A stretch of DNA of 64,000 nucleotides from Candidatus Micrarchaeia archaeon (GCA_039794045.1 JBAMLY010000001.1:1045-65044), one strand, 5' to 3'; shown: positions 35,331-46,010, numbered from the stretch's first letter. Notes: a model not told the origin generated them from the letters alone. A program made the numbers and translations.

Positions 35331-36378
35331 AGACAAGCTCAAAGTAATTGCCTTGCACTTTGTCGCTCGTCCAATTCAATTCAAATGGTTCTACTCGCGG
35401 CGCGTTCTGGCCTGCTCCAACGCGCTTGTTGAGTATAGTGTACGCGTTGGTGGGCTTGCCGTCCGCCTTCAACTCTATTTTGACGCAAACGAACTCGTCT
35501 TGCGAGGAGGGGTTCGTGAAGTTGCAGTAGCCTTTAACGCTTGAAACGCCGTTTCCAACCTCGTCTGGAACTAAAGACGGTGGCTTAAACAGGGAAGGCG
35601 GCGCCACGTTGGAAGGATCTGGCGCGCAAGCGAATGAAGCCGTGCCGCCAAAGCCAGGAATTCCTCCCTTGAAAAGCAGCACGTAAGCAAACAACGCCAC
35701 CACGACTAAAACTATTATTCCTTGAATGTTTTTGCCGCTGAACAACCCCCCGCCCACGGCCTTTCCTGCCTCGGAAACCGTCTTGCTTCCCAACTCTACC
35801 CAGCCGCCGGGCGTCTTCATTTTCTCGATGGTTTCCTGAGTGGCTTCCTCCCACCCTTTTTCCTTGCGCGGAATGTCGTCCAAGCCTACTGGCGCGCCCA
35901 AGGAAGCGTCAACATCTATCTTGAAAGTGTCGCCGGCAACGTTAACCCAAACGCGGTAAAATGGAACATAGTACTTGCTTACCGCAGAAATCGCTACTTT
36001 TTCTTTCGCGACTCCCGCGAACCCAGCGACTTTAACGCACGCAACATCTTTTACTTCGCTTAAAGAAATAGTGGTTTGCTCTACTTCAGCTTCTGTTTTT
36101 TCTGGAGTTGAGTTGGAGCGCTTCAACGGCTTGTCTAACAGCACGGGAACAAAGTCGTTGAGCTCGCCAGTGTAAGCATTCAAAGCTGCTTTCCCTGAAG
36201 GCGCTTGCCCTTGCTCCGAGGCTATGTCAAACGAAAAAACGTAGAAGGGAGTGTAAACCAGTTTTATGCTGGCAACCTCGTAGTTCTTCCACCCCTTGGA
36301 GGCTATCCCTTTTTGTATGATGCTCAAAGCTATTTCAGGGGTTAGGCTCAACTCGAAAGCAGGAGCGTCAAGCAACAT
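35317..36378 (-). CDS. Hypothetical membrane protein (one TM helix, Gly-rich segment)
   Basis: 353 aa. Central TM GIIVLVVVALFAYVLLF. No catalytic motif. 3' end overlaps the SPOUT gene convergently by 14 nt. Confidence 0.3.
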   Translation of the reverse strand: MLLDAPAFELSLTPEIALSIIQKGIASKGWKNYEVASIKLVYTPFYVFSFDIASEQGQAPSGKAALNAYTGELNDFVPVLLDKPLKRSNSTPEKTEAEVEQTTISLSEVKDVACVKVAGFAGVAKEKVAISAVSKYYVPFYRVWVNVAGDTFKIDVDASLGAPVGLDDIPRKEKGWEEATQETIEKMKTPGGWVELGSKTVSEAGKAVGGGLFSGKNIQGIIVLVVVALFAYVLLFKGGIPGFGGTASFACAPDPSNVAPPSLFKPPSLVPDEVGNGVSSVKGYCNFTNPSSQDEFVCVKIELKADGKPTNAYTILNKRVGAGQNAPRVEPFELNWTSDKVQGNYFELVFSKC

Positions 36379-36523
36379 TAAATCTTCCTGCTACAACAAC
36401 GACTCCACTCGTTAAAAACATTGCGAGCAACGCCACTCAAAGAAAGCAACGCATTAACAAAAAAGAAAATAAGTCTTAGCGAAGTCTTTGAAAAAATAAA
36501 GGAAAAATAAAAAAGAAAGCGCT

Positions 36524-36898
36524 TTACTGCTTGCGGCGCTTCACTATCTTCACGTTCTGGGGAGTGAGTAAAATCTTGTCTTCGTCCAAGCGCGCCATGT
36601 CGCCGTTTATGCCGTTCACGAAGGCCTTGATGTCGTTAATGGCTGACTTGAGCTTTTGAGGGTTGCGCGCCATTGGCGCTATGTTGAGGATAACGTGATT
36701 GCGTTGCTTGAGCTCTTCTTCCACGAGCTTGGCGTCGCTCTCCATTTGAAGCGAAATGGGTTTCACGTAGTAATCCGCTTGCTTGTGCAAAACGTCAACG
36801 TCTTCTGCTTCTTGGGCGGTCATGAACTCGTCCAACGACATTTCCTTGGAAATGCCGAGCGCTTTTGAAAGCCCTGAAAAAACTCCCATTAATCTCAC
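36524..36898 (-). CDS. sepF: Cell division protein SepF homolog (DUF552)
   Basis: 124 aa. The C-terminal core HVILNIAPMARNPQKLKSAINDIKAFVNGINGDMARLDEDKILLTPQNVKI matches the SepF fold pattern (LN...D...AID.L.GAVY..GG.I.RI....FLLTP..V.I). Confidence 0.6.
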   Translation of the reverse strand: MRLMGVFSGLSKALGISKEMSLDEFMTAQEAEDVDVLHKQADYYVKPISLQMESDAKLVEEELKQRNHVILNIAPMARNPQKLKSAINDIKAFVNGINGDMARLDEDKILLTPQNVKIVKRRKQ

Positions 36899-37049
36899 CC
36901 TCTTACAGCATAAGCAGTTTCTCTTGCGTTGATTAACGAAGCAATCTTATAAAGCTTTTCCATTAATTGCTTGAAGGCAAGCAAAGAAAAATTTTAGCGC
37001 AGCGCGCGTCACAAAAACATTTAAACCGCAATTCCCCTAATAAGAAAAG

Positions 37050-38255
37050 GTGGGCGTCTTGCCGAGCTTTTCAGAAATACTAAACGAAAAAAGCATTTTC
37101 TCCAACAAAGCCGTCCTCTCCCCGCACTATCTTCCCCCAATCCTGCTCTACCGAGACGACGAAATAAGGCACGTGATGCGCGCCATCGCTCCAGCCCTCA
37201 AAGGACTAAAGCCACGCAACCTCTTCTTGTACGGCAAAAGCGGAACTGGAAAAACTGCAACGTGCAAGCACGTAATAGAAAAACTCGCGGAAGAAAAAAA
37301 CGAGCAAGTGAAAAGCATTTACTTGAACTGCCGCGTCTACGACTCGCGCTACAAAATAATACAGAAAATAATCAGCGACTTCCACCCCGAAAGCGCGAAA
37401 ACAGGTTACTCGTTCGCCTTGCTTTACGAGAAAATGCTTGACTGGATAGAAGACGGCGAAAAAGAAAAACACTTGATTTTATTTCTCGACGAAATCGATG
37501 TAGTAAAAGACTTAGACAACCTCATTTACACGCTCACGCGCGCCAACGACGACTTAAAGAAAGGAAGCGTTTCAATCATCGGAATATCCAACCGAGTGAA
37601 CTTCAAGCAACGCCTTGACGCGCGAAGCAAGAGCTCGCTATGCGAAGAAGAAATAGTGTTCCAACCCTACAACGCCGACCAACTCAAAGGCATTCTAGAA
37701 CAAAGAATACGACAAGCCTTCCACGCTGACACCGTAACCAACGCGGCCGTCAACCTCGCCGCAGCAATAGCAGCAAGCGAAAATGGCGACGCGCGCTACG
37801 CGTTGTCCCTCATTCTGCGCGCCGGCGAAGTCGCCGAGAAAAAGAAGTCAAGCAAAGTAAGCGAGAAAGAAGTAGAGGAAGCCCGCAAGGCGGCAGATGA
37901 AGACAAGGCCTTCGAAGTAATCTCGACGCTCCCCGAACACCAGCAACTAGTTCTATACGCCCTAGCAATAGTAAGCGAAGATGTTCACTACAAGCGCCTC
38001 GTGGAAGACGACGGAGAAAAATTTTATTTCTCGGGAGAGGTATACGAACGCTATTGCTCGATGGCGAAAAAAATGGGTTTCGAGCCCCGCACTTCTCGTT
38101 GGTACCGAGAGTACTTGCACGACCTAGAAAACCTAGGCTTGGTGCGCAGCACTGAGAGCGGCAAGGGAATCCGCGGGCACGCGACTCTCTTGCGCTTGAG
38201 CTACGACGCCCCCAAAGTAAGAAAAGCGATAGAAAAAACTCTTTTAGGAGAATGA
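37050..38255 (+). CDS. cdc6: Orc1/Cdc6 replication initiator
   Basis: AAA+ Walker A LYGKSGTGKT, Walker B ILFLDEID, sensor motifs and a C-terminal winged-helix. 401 aa. Confidence 0.92.
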   Translation: MGVLPSFSEILNEKSIFSNKAVLSPHYLPPILLYRDDEIRHVMRAIAPALKGLKPRNLFLYGKSGTGKTATCKHVIEKLAEEKNEQVKSIYLNCRVYDSRYKIIQKIISDFHPESAKTGYSFALLYEKMLDWIEDGEKEKHLILFLDEIDVVKDLDNLIYTLTRANDDLKKGSVSIIGISNRVNFKQRLDARSKSSLCEEEIVFQPYNADQLKGILEQRIRQAFHADTVTNAAVNLAAAIAASENGDARYALSLILRAGEVAEKKKSSKVSEKEVEEARKAADEDKAFEVISTLPEHQQLVLYALAIVSEDVHYKRLVEDDGEKFYFSGEVYERYCSMAKKMGFEPRTSRWYREYLHDLENLGLVRSTESGKGIRGHATLLRLSYDAPKVRKAIEKTLLGE

Positions 38256-39169
38256 ACTACTCCATGAAAGCATTGCAGGGAATCATAGTGCCCCTAGCAA
38301 CGCCTCTCACTCCAAGAGAAGAAGTAGACCAAGCTGGAATGAGGCGACTCGTCCGCCACGTTTCCAGGGGCGGGGCAAACGCTTTGTTCGTTCTCGGCTC
38401 AACAGGCGAGTTCGCGTGCTTGGACTCGAAGCAAAAAAGGAAGGCAGTAGAAGCAGTCGTTGACGCTAACGAAGAAAAACTTCCAGTCCTGGCCGGCGTA
38501 ACGGCTTGCTCTACCAAGAAAGCAGTGCAGCTAGCGAGAGACGCAGAAAAAGCGGGCGCCGACGCTGTAGTCTGCGCGCCACCCTATTACTACCAATTGC
38601 CGCAAGAAAAAATAATCGAGCACTTCCAGGCAGTCGCGAAAGCGACTAACCTCCCCGTAATCGCTTACAACTTCCCGCAAACAACTAAAAACGCTTTGGA
38701 AGTAGCCACCCTAAAAAAACTTTCAAGCAACTCGTGCTTTATTGGCTTGAAGGACAGCAGCGGCGACGAAAACTATTTGACGGCGGTAGCAAACGAGTTC
38801 CAAGACTCGCACTTTAAAGTATTTCAGGGAAACGAGAACGCGTTAGGGCAAGCACTCGTAATGGGCTGCGCGGGAGGAGTGCCGTCGCTTGCCAACGTCT
38901 TCCCACGCGAGTGCGCCGACCTCTGGAACGCCTTCAAAAAAATGGACTTCAAAGCCGTGCACGCAGCGCAAGAGAAAATTATTGAACTACAATTCGTTTA
39001 CGGCCCGCAAAAAAGCAAGGCAATAGCAGGCATTAAAACCGCTTTAAACTATTTAGGCGTGTGCGGAAAAACAGTGAGCGCGCCTCTTCCAACCCTCTCG
39101 CCAGCAGAAGAGAAAACCATTGTGCGCGCGCTTCAAACGCATTTGCGCGAGTACAAGTACTGGAAGTAA
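38252..39169 (+). CDS. dapA: DapA/NAL-family class I aldolase (4-hydroxy-tetrahydrodipicolinate synthase-like)
   Basis: GSTGEFACL (GxTGE motif), the Schiff-base Lys in GLKDSSGD, and the Tyr in YNFPQTT. Confidence 0.78.
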   Translation: MNYSMKALQGIIVPLATPLTPREEVDQAGMRRLVRHVSRGGANALFVLGSTGEFACLDSKQKRKAVEAVVDANEEKLPVLAGVTACSTKKAVQLARDAEKAGADAVVCAPPYYYQLPQEKIIEHFQAVAKATNLPVIAYNFPQTTKNALEVATLKKLSSNSCFIGLKDSSGDENYLTAVANEFQDSHFKVFQGNENALGQALVMGCAGGVPSLANVFPRECADLWNAFKKMDFKAVHAAQEKIIELQFVYGPQKSKAIAGIKTALNYLGVCGKTVSAPLPTLSPAEEKTIVRALQTHLREYKYWK

Positions 39170-39175
39170 GCACAG

Positions 39176-39248
39176 CGCCCTGGGCAGGATTTGAACCTGC
39201 GACCCCCTGATTAACAGTCAGGTGCTCTGCCGACTGAGCTACCAGGGC
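39176..39248 (-). tRNA. tRNA-Asn (anticodon GTT)
   Basis: Reverse complement GCCCTGGTAGCTCAGTCGGCAGAGCACCTGACTGTTAATCAGGGGGTCGCAGGTTCAAATCCTGCCCAGGGCG folds as a canonical cloverleaf with TTCAAAT T-loop. CCA is not encoded. Confidence 0.85.
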
Positions 39249-39323
39249 TTTCTGGTTAAAAACCAAGGAAAATTATTTTCTGGGTGCCAACTTTTATTAA
39301 TGTTGTTTGAAGCAAATCTTATC

Positions 39324-39950
39324 ATGGTTGTCAAGAGGTTGTGGGCTTTCGCTCCGCAGGGAAGCAGCGAGTTGGCGGAGTACTTAAAGTTGAAGAACAG
39401 TTACATAGAGGGCTTGAAGCGCGTGTTAGGTGAGGAGAAAGCGCGCGAGATGGCAGCGAAAGCCGAGAAAAACTTTGATTACTTGAAAAAGTTTTTCGGC
39501 GTGGCGGAAAGCGAGAGAGCCACGGCGTTGGTTAGATTGCACGGCTCTTTTGTTGACGGAGGCTTGACGGAGGAGGACTTGTTTGCTGGTGCGAGCGCAG
39601 CTAAAACGCTTGGCTTGAAAAACCACGAGAAGCCTGTGGCCGCTCTTTTCCTAGCTCGCTTGCGCAAGTCTTTCCACGAGGCTTACGGTGACGGCAGCAA
39701 GTGGCTGAATTTCTTGAAGCGCGTCGAAGAACTCGCAAAACAAAAGCCGTCGCTCAAGGACTTGCACATTGCAATCGCTGAAGCGCGCGCTGAAGCGGCT
39801 TCAGCTAAGCTGCAAGAAATTTTTACTTCCATGGACGACTTAGAGCAAGAAATCAAGTTCTGCATTTTCGGGCAAGCGGACTTGCCTGAAGCAGTGTGGC
39901 GCGGCGAGAGACTGCTTGAGTTATTGCTCGCGCAAAAAAGAAAGCATTGA
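39324..39950 (+). CDS. Hypothetical helical protein
   Basis: Start taken at ATG 39324, because the track's 39222 start would overlap the tRNA. No recognised motif. Confidence 0.3.
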   Translation: MVVKRLWAFAPQGSSELAEYLKLKNSYIEGLKRVLGEEKAREMAAKAEKNFDYLKKFFGVAESERATALVRLHGSFVDGGLTEEDLFAGASAAKTLGLKNHEKPVAALFLARLRKSFHEAYGDGSKWLNFLKRVEELAKQKPSLKDLHIAIAEARAEAASAKLQEIFTSMDDLEQEIKFCIFGQADLPEAVWRGERLLELLLAQKRKH

Positions 39951-39953
39951 TTT

Positions 39954-41096
39954 TCAGGGCAGGAAGTCTTTGTTGTTGATTTTTTCTGGCAAGTAAACGT
40001 TTGAAATGTATTGAAGGTTTTTGCTGCTGAGCGACTGAATTTCCGCCTTGATTTTTTTCTCGAGGAACTTGTTGATTTCGCGTTGCCATTCCTTTGACTT
40101 GAACCACTCGTATTCCTTCATTTCGTTGGCGCGCTTTATGTCCACGTCCTTCGCTTTTATGGTGACGCCGCGCAAGTCGTAGTGTTCTATGTCGGAAATG
40201 CTCATTCCAAGAAACTTGGCTTCCTTGCAGCCTAGCCTGTCGCTTTCGTGCGCTAGAGCCATGGAGCCGTACTTCATCGTAGAATAAATGTACCAGCCGT
40301 ATGGGTCCGCGTCGGTGAGGACGTAGATTGGGAGTTTTAATTCGGTGCTCAAGCGCTGGAGGAGGCGGCGCGCGCCGCGCGCTGCTTGGCCGGCGGTGGT
40401 CATTATAAGGCAATGGTTTTTCTTCCAGTAAGCATCTTCGTTCAAGCGGTCGAAGATCGCATTTTTTTCTGCGACGAGTACGTAGTCAACGTCTACTTTC
40501 TTGAACTCTATTTGTTCGACGATGGAAGGAACGGCCCACCCGCCTGAACCCATTTTAGACAAGTCAATCAAGTCAACCTTGTTTTTCACGCGGTCTTCCA
40601 CGATTACTTCGCCTGCCATGCGTCCCTTTGGCTCGGCGCGCAAGTGAAGGCGTTCGCGGAAAGTGTCAAGCGCTACTTCCAAGTCTACTATCGCCAAGTC
40701 GGATTCTTTTTGTTCGTCTATCGTGTCTTCTTTGGTACCCGCAATCGTGTGCTTTTTAGCGTAGTAGAGGTCACGAAGAGTTGCAGTCAAGTTGTTTTCA
40801 AGCAAGTCTTTTTTCACGTAAGAGCCGACCAGCATGGTTTGCATGAAGCGGCGAGCGTGCGCGACGTTGAACAAGTACCTGTGAGCTACTTTTTCGCCGA
40901 GCACTATCTTTTTTTCTTTCTCGTCGAACAAGACGTTAGCTGAGCCGCGCACCGGAATTTCTATGCTTGGGTTTTCTTTTGACTCGATTTGCTTGATTAT
41001 TTTTTCTCCTAGTTCGACGAGCTTTTTTTTGACTTCTTCTTCAGCGGCTGACAGGGACTCGCCTTCTTTTTTCAGTGTTTTTTCTTTTTCGGTCAT
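39954..41096 (-). CDS. top6A: DNA topoisomerase VI subunit A (Spo11-like)
   Basis: CAP domain with catalytic Tyr context, and a Toprim domain (YVLVAEKNAIFDRL...DADPYG). Confidence 0.9.
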   Translation of the reverse strand: MTEKEKTLKKEGESLSAAEEEVKKKLVELGEKIIKQIESKENPSIEIPVRGSANVLFDEKEKKIVLGEKVAHRYLFNVAHARRFMQTMLVGSYVKKDLLENNLTATLRDLYYAKKHTIAGTKEDTIDEQKESDLAIVDLEVALDTFRERLHLRAEPKGRMAGEVIVEDRVKNKVDLIDLSKMGSGGWAVPSIVEQIEFKKVDVDYVLVAEKNAIFDRLNEDAYWKKNHCLIMTTAGQAARGARRLLQRLSTELKLPIYVLTDADPYGWYIYSTMKYGSMALAHESDRLGCKEAKFLGMSISDIEHYDLRGVTIKAKDVDIKRANEMKEYEWFKSKEWQREINKFLEKKIKAEIQSLSSKNLQYISNVYLPEKINNKDFLP

Positions 41097-41106
41097 TAAG
41101 CACCAC

Positions 41107-42822
41107 CTACTCCGCTGGAGCCTCGCCTTCTTCTTCTATTTCTTTTTCGGCTTTTTCCTCCATTTCCGCTAACTCTTTTTCTTCTTCTTTTGTTTCTACG
41201 ACGGTTCTTTCTTTAGCGAGCGCCTTGAGTTTTTCTTCAATGACTGCTTTTGGCTTGCCGGTAATCTCGTGTAGTGCCGCTGCAACTTCTCCTACGTAGC
41301 GAATGAAGATGCTGCGGCGTTGTTCTTGTTCTTGTGCGTGCTGGAGGGAGTGAATGTAGACCCCTATTTCGCGCGCGCACTCCATTAATGCGAAGCGAAT
41401 TTCTTCAACGATTTCTTCTTCCGCGCTTATGGCGAGCTTGCCTGCACCGGTGTAGGGAACGTAGACGCTGACGAAGTTGACGAAGATGCTTACTGGTTGT
41501 TCTTCGATGTTCTTTAAGTCATAACGGCTCCAGTCAATGCTTTTAACGGCTTCAGTAATGGCGCAGTTGCCGGCGTCGAAGAGGAGGGGCGTGCGGTTGG
41601 CGTAGCGAAGCAACTCGTATTTCGCGCTCTTGGCTTCCGCTTCTGCTCTCTCTTCTTCCACGGTTTTCGCTTCTACTTTGGCTTTCTTTTTCTTTGGTTC
41701 TTCTTCGGAGTAGTTGCCGCCGGCTTTCCCGCCGTAAGCTATGGCGGCTTCGACGAGGAAAGGAATTCCGCCGCGGAAAACTTTTGGCTTGCGTTGGACT
41801 ACCTTCATGTGCTCGGGCTGAATCAAGTTCTTAAGCGACTTTTCTATTTGGTTTTCCCCGATTGGGCAAAGAGTATCCGTCTCTGGCGCAATCCACTTCA
41901 TTTTTTGTATTGCGGCGACGATGCTTTCCGCTTCCGGCCACGCGAGCGCTGAGGGAGCGCGTTCAAAGTTGATGTTGGGGCAGAGGGCGGCGAGTTCTTT
42001 TACTTTGTCTGAGCTGAAGCGCGAGAACTCGCTTGAAAGAAAAGAGCTTATTTTCCGGCTCTTGGAAGAGTGAGCCATTTCTATTAAGTCGTTCGTGGTT
42101 ATGCCGAGGGGGTGAGGCAAAGCCGCTTTTGGTCGGGGCGGAATTTCTTTGGTTGCGCGGGGAAAAACAATTATTTGCTTTGATGGCTCCACGAGCGTTA
42201 TTTGCGCGTGCGGGTTAGCGAGGGCGGTGCGGCGCAAGTACTCGTAGACGCTGTACTCGCTTCGGTTGTAGCTTACTTCGGCGAACTCGAATTCCAGGCG
42301 CACGCCGCGAAAGTTTTGAGAGTATTCTTTCTCGTTTGAAATTAGTGGCTCGTTCTTTTTAACGTCTATGCTGACGTCGCACTCGTAGACTTTGTGGTCG
42401 CCTAAGCCAGTTTTCACGTGCGTTGGCTTGCCTGTAGTGATCTGCGAGAAGAGGACGGCGTAGCTTACCCCGATTCCTTGCTGGCCGCGCTTTTGCTTGC
42501 GTTGGTGGAACTTCGTGCCGGCCAAGAGTTTGGCGAAGGCTTGCCCCACGTTTTTCTTTGGAACTCCTGTGCCGTTGTCTTGAACTATTACTTTCAAGTG
42601 CTCGTTTGGGAGCTCTTGTATTTCCACGTAAATGTCTGGCAGTATTTCGGCTTCCTCGCACGCGTCAAGCGAGTTAGTGACTGCCTCGTGGACTATAGTC
42701 GTCAGGGAACGCACTTTGCCGGAGTAGCCAAGCATTTGCCTGTTTCGCTTGAAGAACTCTGCAACCGAGTATTCCTTGAATTCCTTGCTGAGTTGTTCCT
42801 CTGAAATCGGTTGTTCTGCCAT
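41107..42822 (-). CDS. top6B: DNA topoisomerase VI subunit B (GHKL ATPase)
   Basis: Bergerat-fold motifs [13 protein letters not shown] (N box), DNGTGVP (G1) and a transducer domain. 571 aa, with an acidic, Glu-rich C-terminal tail. Confidence 0.9.
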   Translation of the reverse strand: MAEQPISEEQLSKEFKEYSVAEFFKRNRQMLGYSGKVRSLTTIVHEAVTNSLDACEEAEILPDIYVEIQELPNEHLKVIVQDNGTGVPKKNVGQAFAKLLAGTKFHQRKQKRGQQGIGVSYAVLFSQITTGKPTHVKTGLGDHKVYECDVSIDVKKNEPLISNEKEYSQNFRGVRLEFEFAEVSYNRSEYSVYEYLRRTALANPHAQITLVEPSKQIIVFPRATKEIPPRPKAALPHPLGITTNDLIEMAHSSKSRKISSFLSSEFSRFSSDKVKELAALCPNINFERAPSALAWPEAESIVAAIQKMKWIAPETDTLCPIGENQIEKSLKNLIQPEHMKVVQRKPKVFRGGIPFLVEAAIAYGGKAGGNYSEEEPKKKKAKVEAKTVEEERAEAEAKSAKYELLRYANRTPLLFDAGNCAITEAVKSIDWSRYDLKNIEEQPVSIFVNFVSVYVPYTGAGKLAISAEEEIVEEIRFALMECAREIGVYIHSLQHAQEQEQRRSIFIRYVGEVAAALHEITGKPKAVIEEKLKALAKERTVVETKEEEKELAEMEEKAEKEIEEEGEAPAE

Positions 42823-42834
42823 GCAAACCTCCCC

Positions 42835-43362
42835 TTAAAAACTTGTCTTGCGCTTTCGTTCAAGGAAACTGTAAACAGAAGAGTGCGTGGAGCCTTCAAG
42901 CAAGCGAGTCACTGCTTCCTTGGCTTGGCTTAGCTCGTCGTATTTGCCGATGAGTCCTATTTTGTCGTCAGCCACGGAAAGGAAGGCGCCAGTGAGTTCT
43001 TCTATTTTTGACTTGGCTTTGCCGCCGGAACCGATTACTCTCGCTTTATAGCGAGTTATTTGCTTTGCGTTGCGGCGCATTATAAGGTCCAAGTCCAGCA
43101 CTTCTAAGTAGTAGTCGTCATTGAAGAGCTTTATTGCCCGAGAACAAGGAAAGCCAAGCGAGAGGGCTTCCAAAACTTTTTCTGCCATCCACTCGGCGCC
43201 CTGTTGTTGTGGGTCTGTCGCTTCAACTGAAATGCTTTCCTCGCCCGCCAATGAAAGCCGCACGCCTCCCTTTCGCTCTATTTCCTTCCATGCCTTGCGG
43301 TCGTTCTTCTGCAACGCGTTCAAGACTTTTCTTTCAACCGCGATTACCCTCATTCGCATCAA
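42835..43362 (-). CDS. KH-domain RNA-binding protein (archaeal Dim2/Pno1-like)
   Basis: 175 aa with the type-I KH GXXG loop VIGSGGKAKSKIEELTGA. Confidence 0.6.
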   Translation of the reverse strand: MMRMRVIAVERKVLNALQKNDRKAWKEIERKGGVRLSLAGEESISVEATDPQQQGAEWMAEKVLEALSLGFPCSRAIKLFNDDYYLEVLDLDLIMRRNAKQITRYKARVIGSGGKAKSKIEELTGAFLSVADDKIGLIGKYDELSQAKEAVTRLLEGSTHSSVYSFLERKRKTSF

Positions 43363-43473
43363 CCAAGAGAGAGCGCGCTAGGCTCCAGAAAAACCAGTGA
43401 TTTTCAAAATAGGTTTCTGCAAACTATTTATCTCGTCCCCCCTTTAAATATTTTCGTGGCTTGCAGAAGCGTT

Positions 43474-45204
43474 TTATTTGAGTCCCAGCAAGCCTGCCAC
43501 GAAATCGTATGCTGCTTGAAGCGCTTGCACTAAAAAGTCTATTGGCATGGGTTGCATTGCCGGGGAAGGCGAGGCGGCGGTGCAGACGGCGTTCAAGCAA
43601 TAGTATGTCTTGCACTCGTAGTTTTGCGCGCATTTTTCGCCTGCGTTCTTCTGGTGGTTCCATTGCCCGTCTGGCGCGCAGTAAGATGGCTTGCCGTTAA
43701 CTACTTCTAGGGAACCGAACTCGCGGCACGATAAACCGAAAGCGCAGCCTGAAAGCTGCTTGTGCTTGCAAGCGCCGGAAAGGCAGTAGTCTTCCGTGCA
43801 GGGATTGCCGTCGTCGCACTGTGAGCTTTCAGTGCACTCCGCTAATGGAGTGGGCGTGGCTTCCGGCGGGGAAGGCGAAGGAGAAGGCGACAGCGTAGGA
43901 TAAACTATTGGGGTTGGCGTTGAAAATGACGTGCAATAACCAGAAGCACACGAATTGCTTTTGCACTCGTAGTTAGCCGAGCAAGTCATTCCGCCTTCTT
44001 TTTGGGGCAAGAGTATTGAGCCGTTGCAGTAAAAGTAGTTGCTTGGATCGGTCACCCGCGTTCCAGTTGAAATGCAGGCGCCCTCGTAAACGCAGCCAGT
44101 CAAGTTAGTGAACACGCATACCTTGCTCGTGTTGCCGGAATAGTTTCCTATCGTGATGTTGACGGTCTCGTTGCCAGTGCCGCTGCAGGAAAAGCCTTCG
44201 CAGGGGTTGCCTCTGTTGCAATGCGAGTCAACGAAGCAGTAAATGTATTTTGGTGAAGTGTTGTTGGTTGCGTTGTTCGCTCCACTTCCTGGCGGGCAGT
44301 TCACAGCCAAAACAGTAGAACTCCAGGAAGACGGCTCCACCAAGCGCTTCAACGCGTTATTGCAAGTGAGTTGAGGCAGGTAAGCACAGTCTTGAGTCAA
44401 AGCGAACAACGGATTAGAGCCTTCCATGACGCTCGAATAAGAACCAGTAAAGCCAGCGAGTTCACCGCTTGAAGTAAACTCAACGCCTTGAATGTCGCAA
44501 GCGCTTTGCCCGAAGCCGCTGCAGTAATACCGTCCCCATGCGTCCGGCTGCACTGTGTAAACCTGGGAATAGAAAGCGCTCGTCAGGAAAGTATTGTTTT
44601 GCTGGGTTCCAGGCACTATCTTGAGTACTCCAATGATGTAATTTGTAAGGAGGTCTTGCTTGAACTGTCGTTCTGCGAGCAAAACGCTACTGAAAACCGA
44701 GCTTCCCCTCAAAAAGTCAAGTTGCGTTCTCAGCCTCGATTGTCCGACTGAAAGGTTTTGTTCAAGCTGTGAAACGTTTACGACGTAGTCGCCCATAGTC
44801 CAATTGCAGGCTATTGTGGTGCTCTCGTTAGTGTAATTTGTTTCAATGCCGAAAACCACTTTTTTCTCGTTGGCGTTAAAGTAGAGCAAGACGTACTGCG
44901 CGCCCTTCCACTTAAAGAGAGTTCGGTTGCGCAAGTCGCTTAAAATGCTTTGGTTCAACGGGGGGTCGAAAAAGACTCCGTAAAAGTTTTCCTGGGATGG
45001 CTTCCCTGAAGCGAACAATAGCTTTTCGTATTCCGTGCTCACCTGCGCGCCGCCGCTCTTCACGAAGTATTTTTCGAGGTTGGAAGTGTTCTCTGCCGTG
45101 ATTACGGTGTCCACGCCACCCCAAGAAGAAAAATTGTACCAGTCGTAAGCGCTAGCAAGGCAGGCCAGGCAAAGCAAGGCAAAAGCAAGAAAAGTTTTCC
45201 GCAT
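43474..45204 (-). CDS. Secreted Cys-rich, heavily N-glycosylation-sequon-bearing surface protein
   Basis: Signal peptide MRKTFLAFALLCLACLASA, more than 20 N-x-S/T sequons, about 40 Cys in clustered CxxGxC/NxC patterns, and a TPTPIVYPTLSPSPSPSPPEATPTP linker. Confidence 0.5.
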   Translation of the reverse strand: MRKTFLAFALLCLACLASAYDWYNFSSWGGVDTVITAENTSNLEKYFVKSGGAQVSTEYEKLLFASGKPSQENFYGVFFDPPLNQSILSDLRNRTLFKWKGAQYVLLYFNANEKKVVFGIETNYTNESTTIACNWTMGDYVVNVSQLEQNLSVGQSRLRTQLDFLRGSSVFSSVLLAERQFKQDLLTNYIIGVLKIVPGTQQNNTFLTSAFYSQVYTVQPDAWGRYYCSGFGQSACDIQGVEFTSSGELAGFTGSYSSVMEGSNPLFALTQDCAYLPQLTCNNALKRLVEPSSWSSTVLAVNCPPGSGANNATNNTSPKYIYCFVDSHCNRGNPCEGFSCSGTGNETVNITIGNYSGNTSKVCVFTNLTGCVYEGACISTGTRVTDPSNYFYCNGSILLPQKEGGMTCSANYECKSNSCASGYCTSFSTPTPIVYPTLSPSPSPSPPEATPTPLAECTESSQCDDGNPCTEDYCLSGACKHKQLSGCAFGLSCREFGSLEVVNGKPSYCAPDGQWNHQKNAGEKCAQNYECKTYYCLNAVCTAASPSPAMQPMPIDFLVQALQAAYDFVAGLLGLK

Positions 45205-45245
45205 TTACTTGCTTTAAAGCCTTCCCCCCAATTAATAGTTTTCGT

Positions 45246-46010
45246 TTAACTCTCCACAAAGGAAAGCGCTTCCTGGAAGGATTTTGTCGCGCCGCGCTTG
45301 GCGAAAAAGTTTACGAGGTTGTGGACGTCGCGCTCCAATAACTCGCGTGCTTTCGGGTGCTCGAGCAAAACCGCTTGCCCCAAGTCTATTATGTAGGGCT
45401 CTCCTTTATGCATTATTACGTTGAAGCTACTCAAGTCCGCGTGAACCAAGCCAGCGCGCAGCATTTTGCGCACGTCCTCCAAAAGCATTTCCAGAACTTT
45501 TTGGGGGTCGCTTAAAACTGCGTGCTCCAAGAGAGGCGACGGAATTCCTTGCTCGCCCAAGAACTCCATCACCAAAACGTTTTCCTTCCAAGCGATTGGT
45601 TCTGGCACGCGCACTCCAGCGTCGAAGCACAAGCGAAGGTTAGCGAATTCCTTGCGCGCCCAAACCTTGACTATTTCCCGGCGCGAGCCGCGCGCATTAA
45701 AGCGAGGGTCACCCCACAAGTAGTCCATCATGCTCTTTGAAAAAGAAGAAGTCTCGTACTTGAATACTTTGACTGCACGAAAACCTTTTTCGCCTGAATC
45801 CCTGTCCACCCAAGTGGCTCGAAAAACCATTGCTTCCTTGCCTTGAGCTATTGGGTAGTCCAAGCTCTTTATTACGCCCGCGTTCAAGAAACGCAGGAGG
45901 ACTTCCACTGTCTTGTCGTCAAGCACGCGCTCTGCAGTCTTGCTGAATTTTTCCTTGAATGGCTTTAGCTCGCGGGGAGGAAGCTTTCGCTTTGACGCGT
46001 GAAACGCCAC
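45246..46010 (-). CDS. rio1: RIO-type serine/threonine kinase (Rio1)
   Basis: GKEAMVF (nucleotide loop), LVHADLSSFNVI (catalytic loop) and IIDLGQAV (metal-binding DxG-equivalent). 254 aa. Confidence 0.8.
   Translation of the reverse strand: MAFHASKRKLPPRELKPFKEKFSKTAERVLDDKTVEVLLRFLNAGVIKSLDYPIAQGKEAMVFRATWVDRDSGEKGFRAVKVFKYETSSFSKSMMDYLWGDPRFNARGSRREIVKVWARKEFANLRLCFDAGVRVPEPIAWKENVLVMEFLGEQGIPSPLLEHAVLSDPQKVLEMLLEDVRKMLRAGLVHADLSSFNVIMHKGEPYIIDLGQAVLLEHPKARELLERDVHNLVNFFAKRGATKSFQEALSFVES

Noticed and set aside
39033-39266. 77-aa minus-strand ORF
   Set aside because: It covers the tRNA-Asn gene (39176-39248) and the 3' end of dapA. An artefact of ORF calling through a structural RNA.
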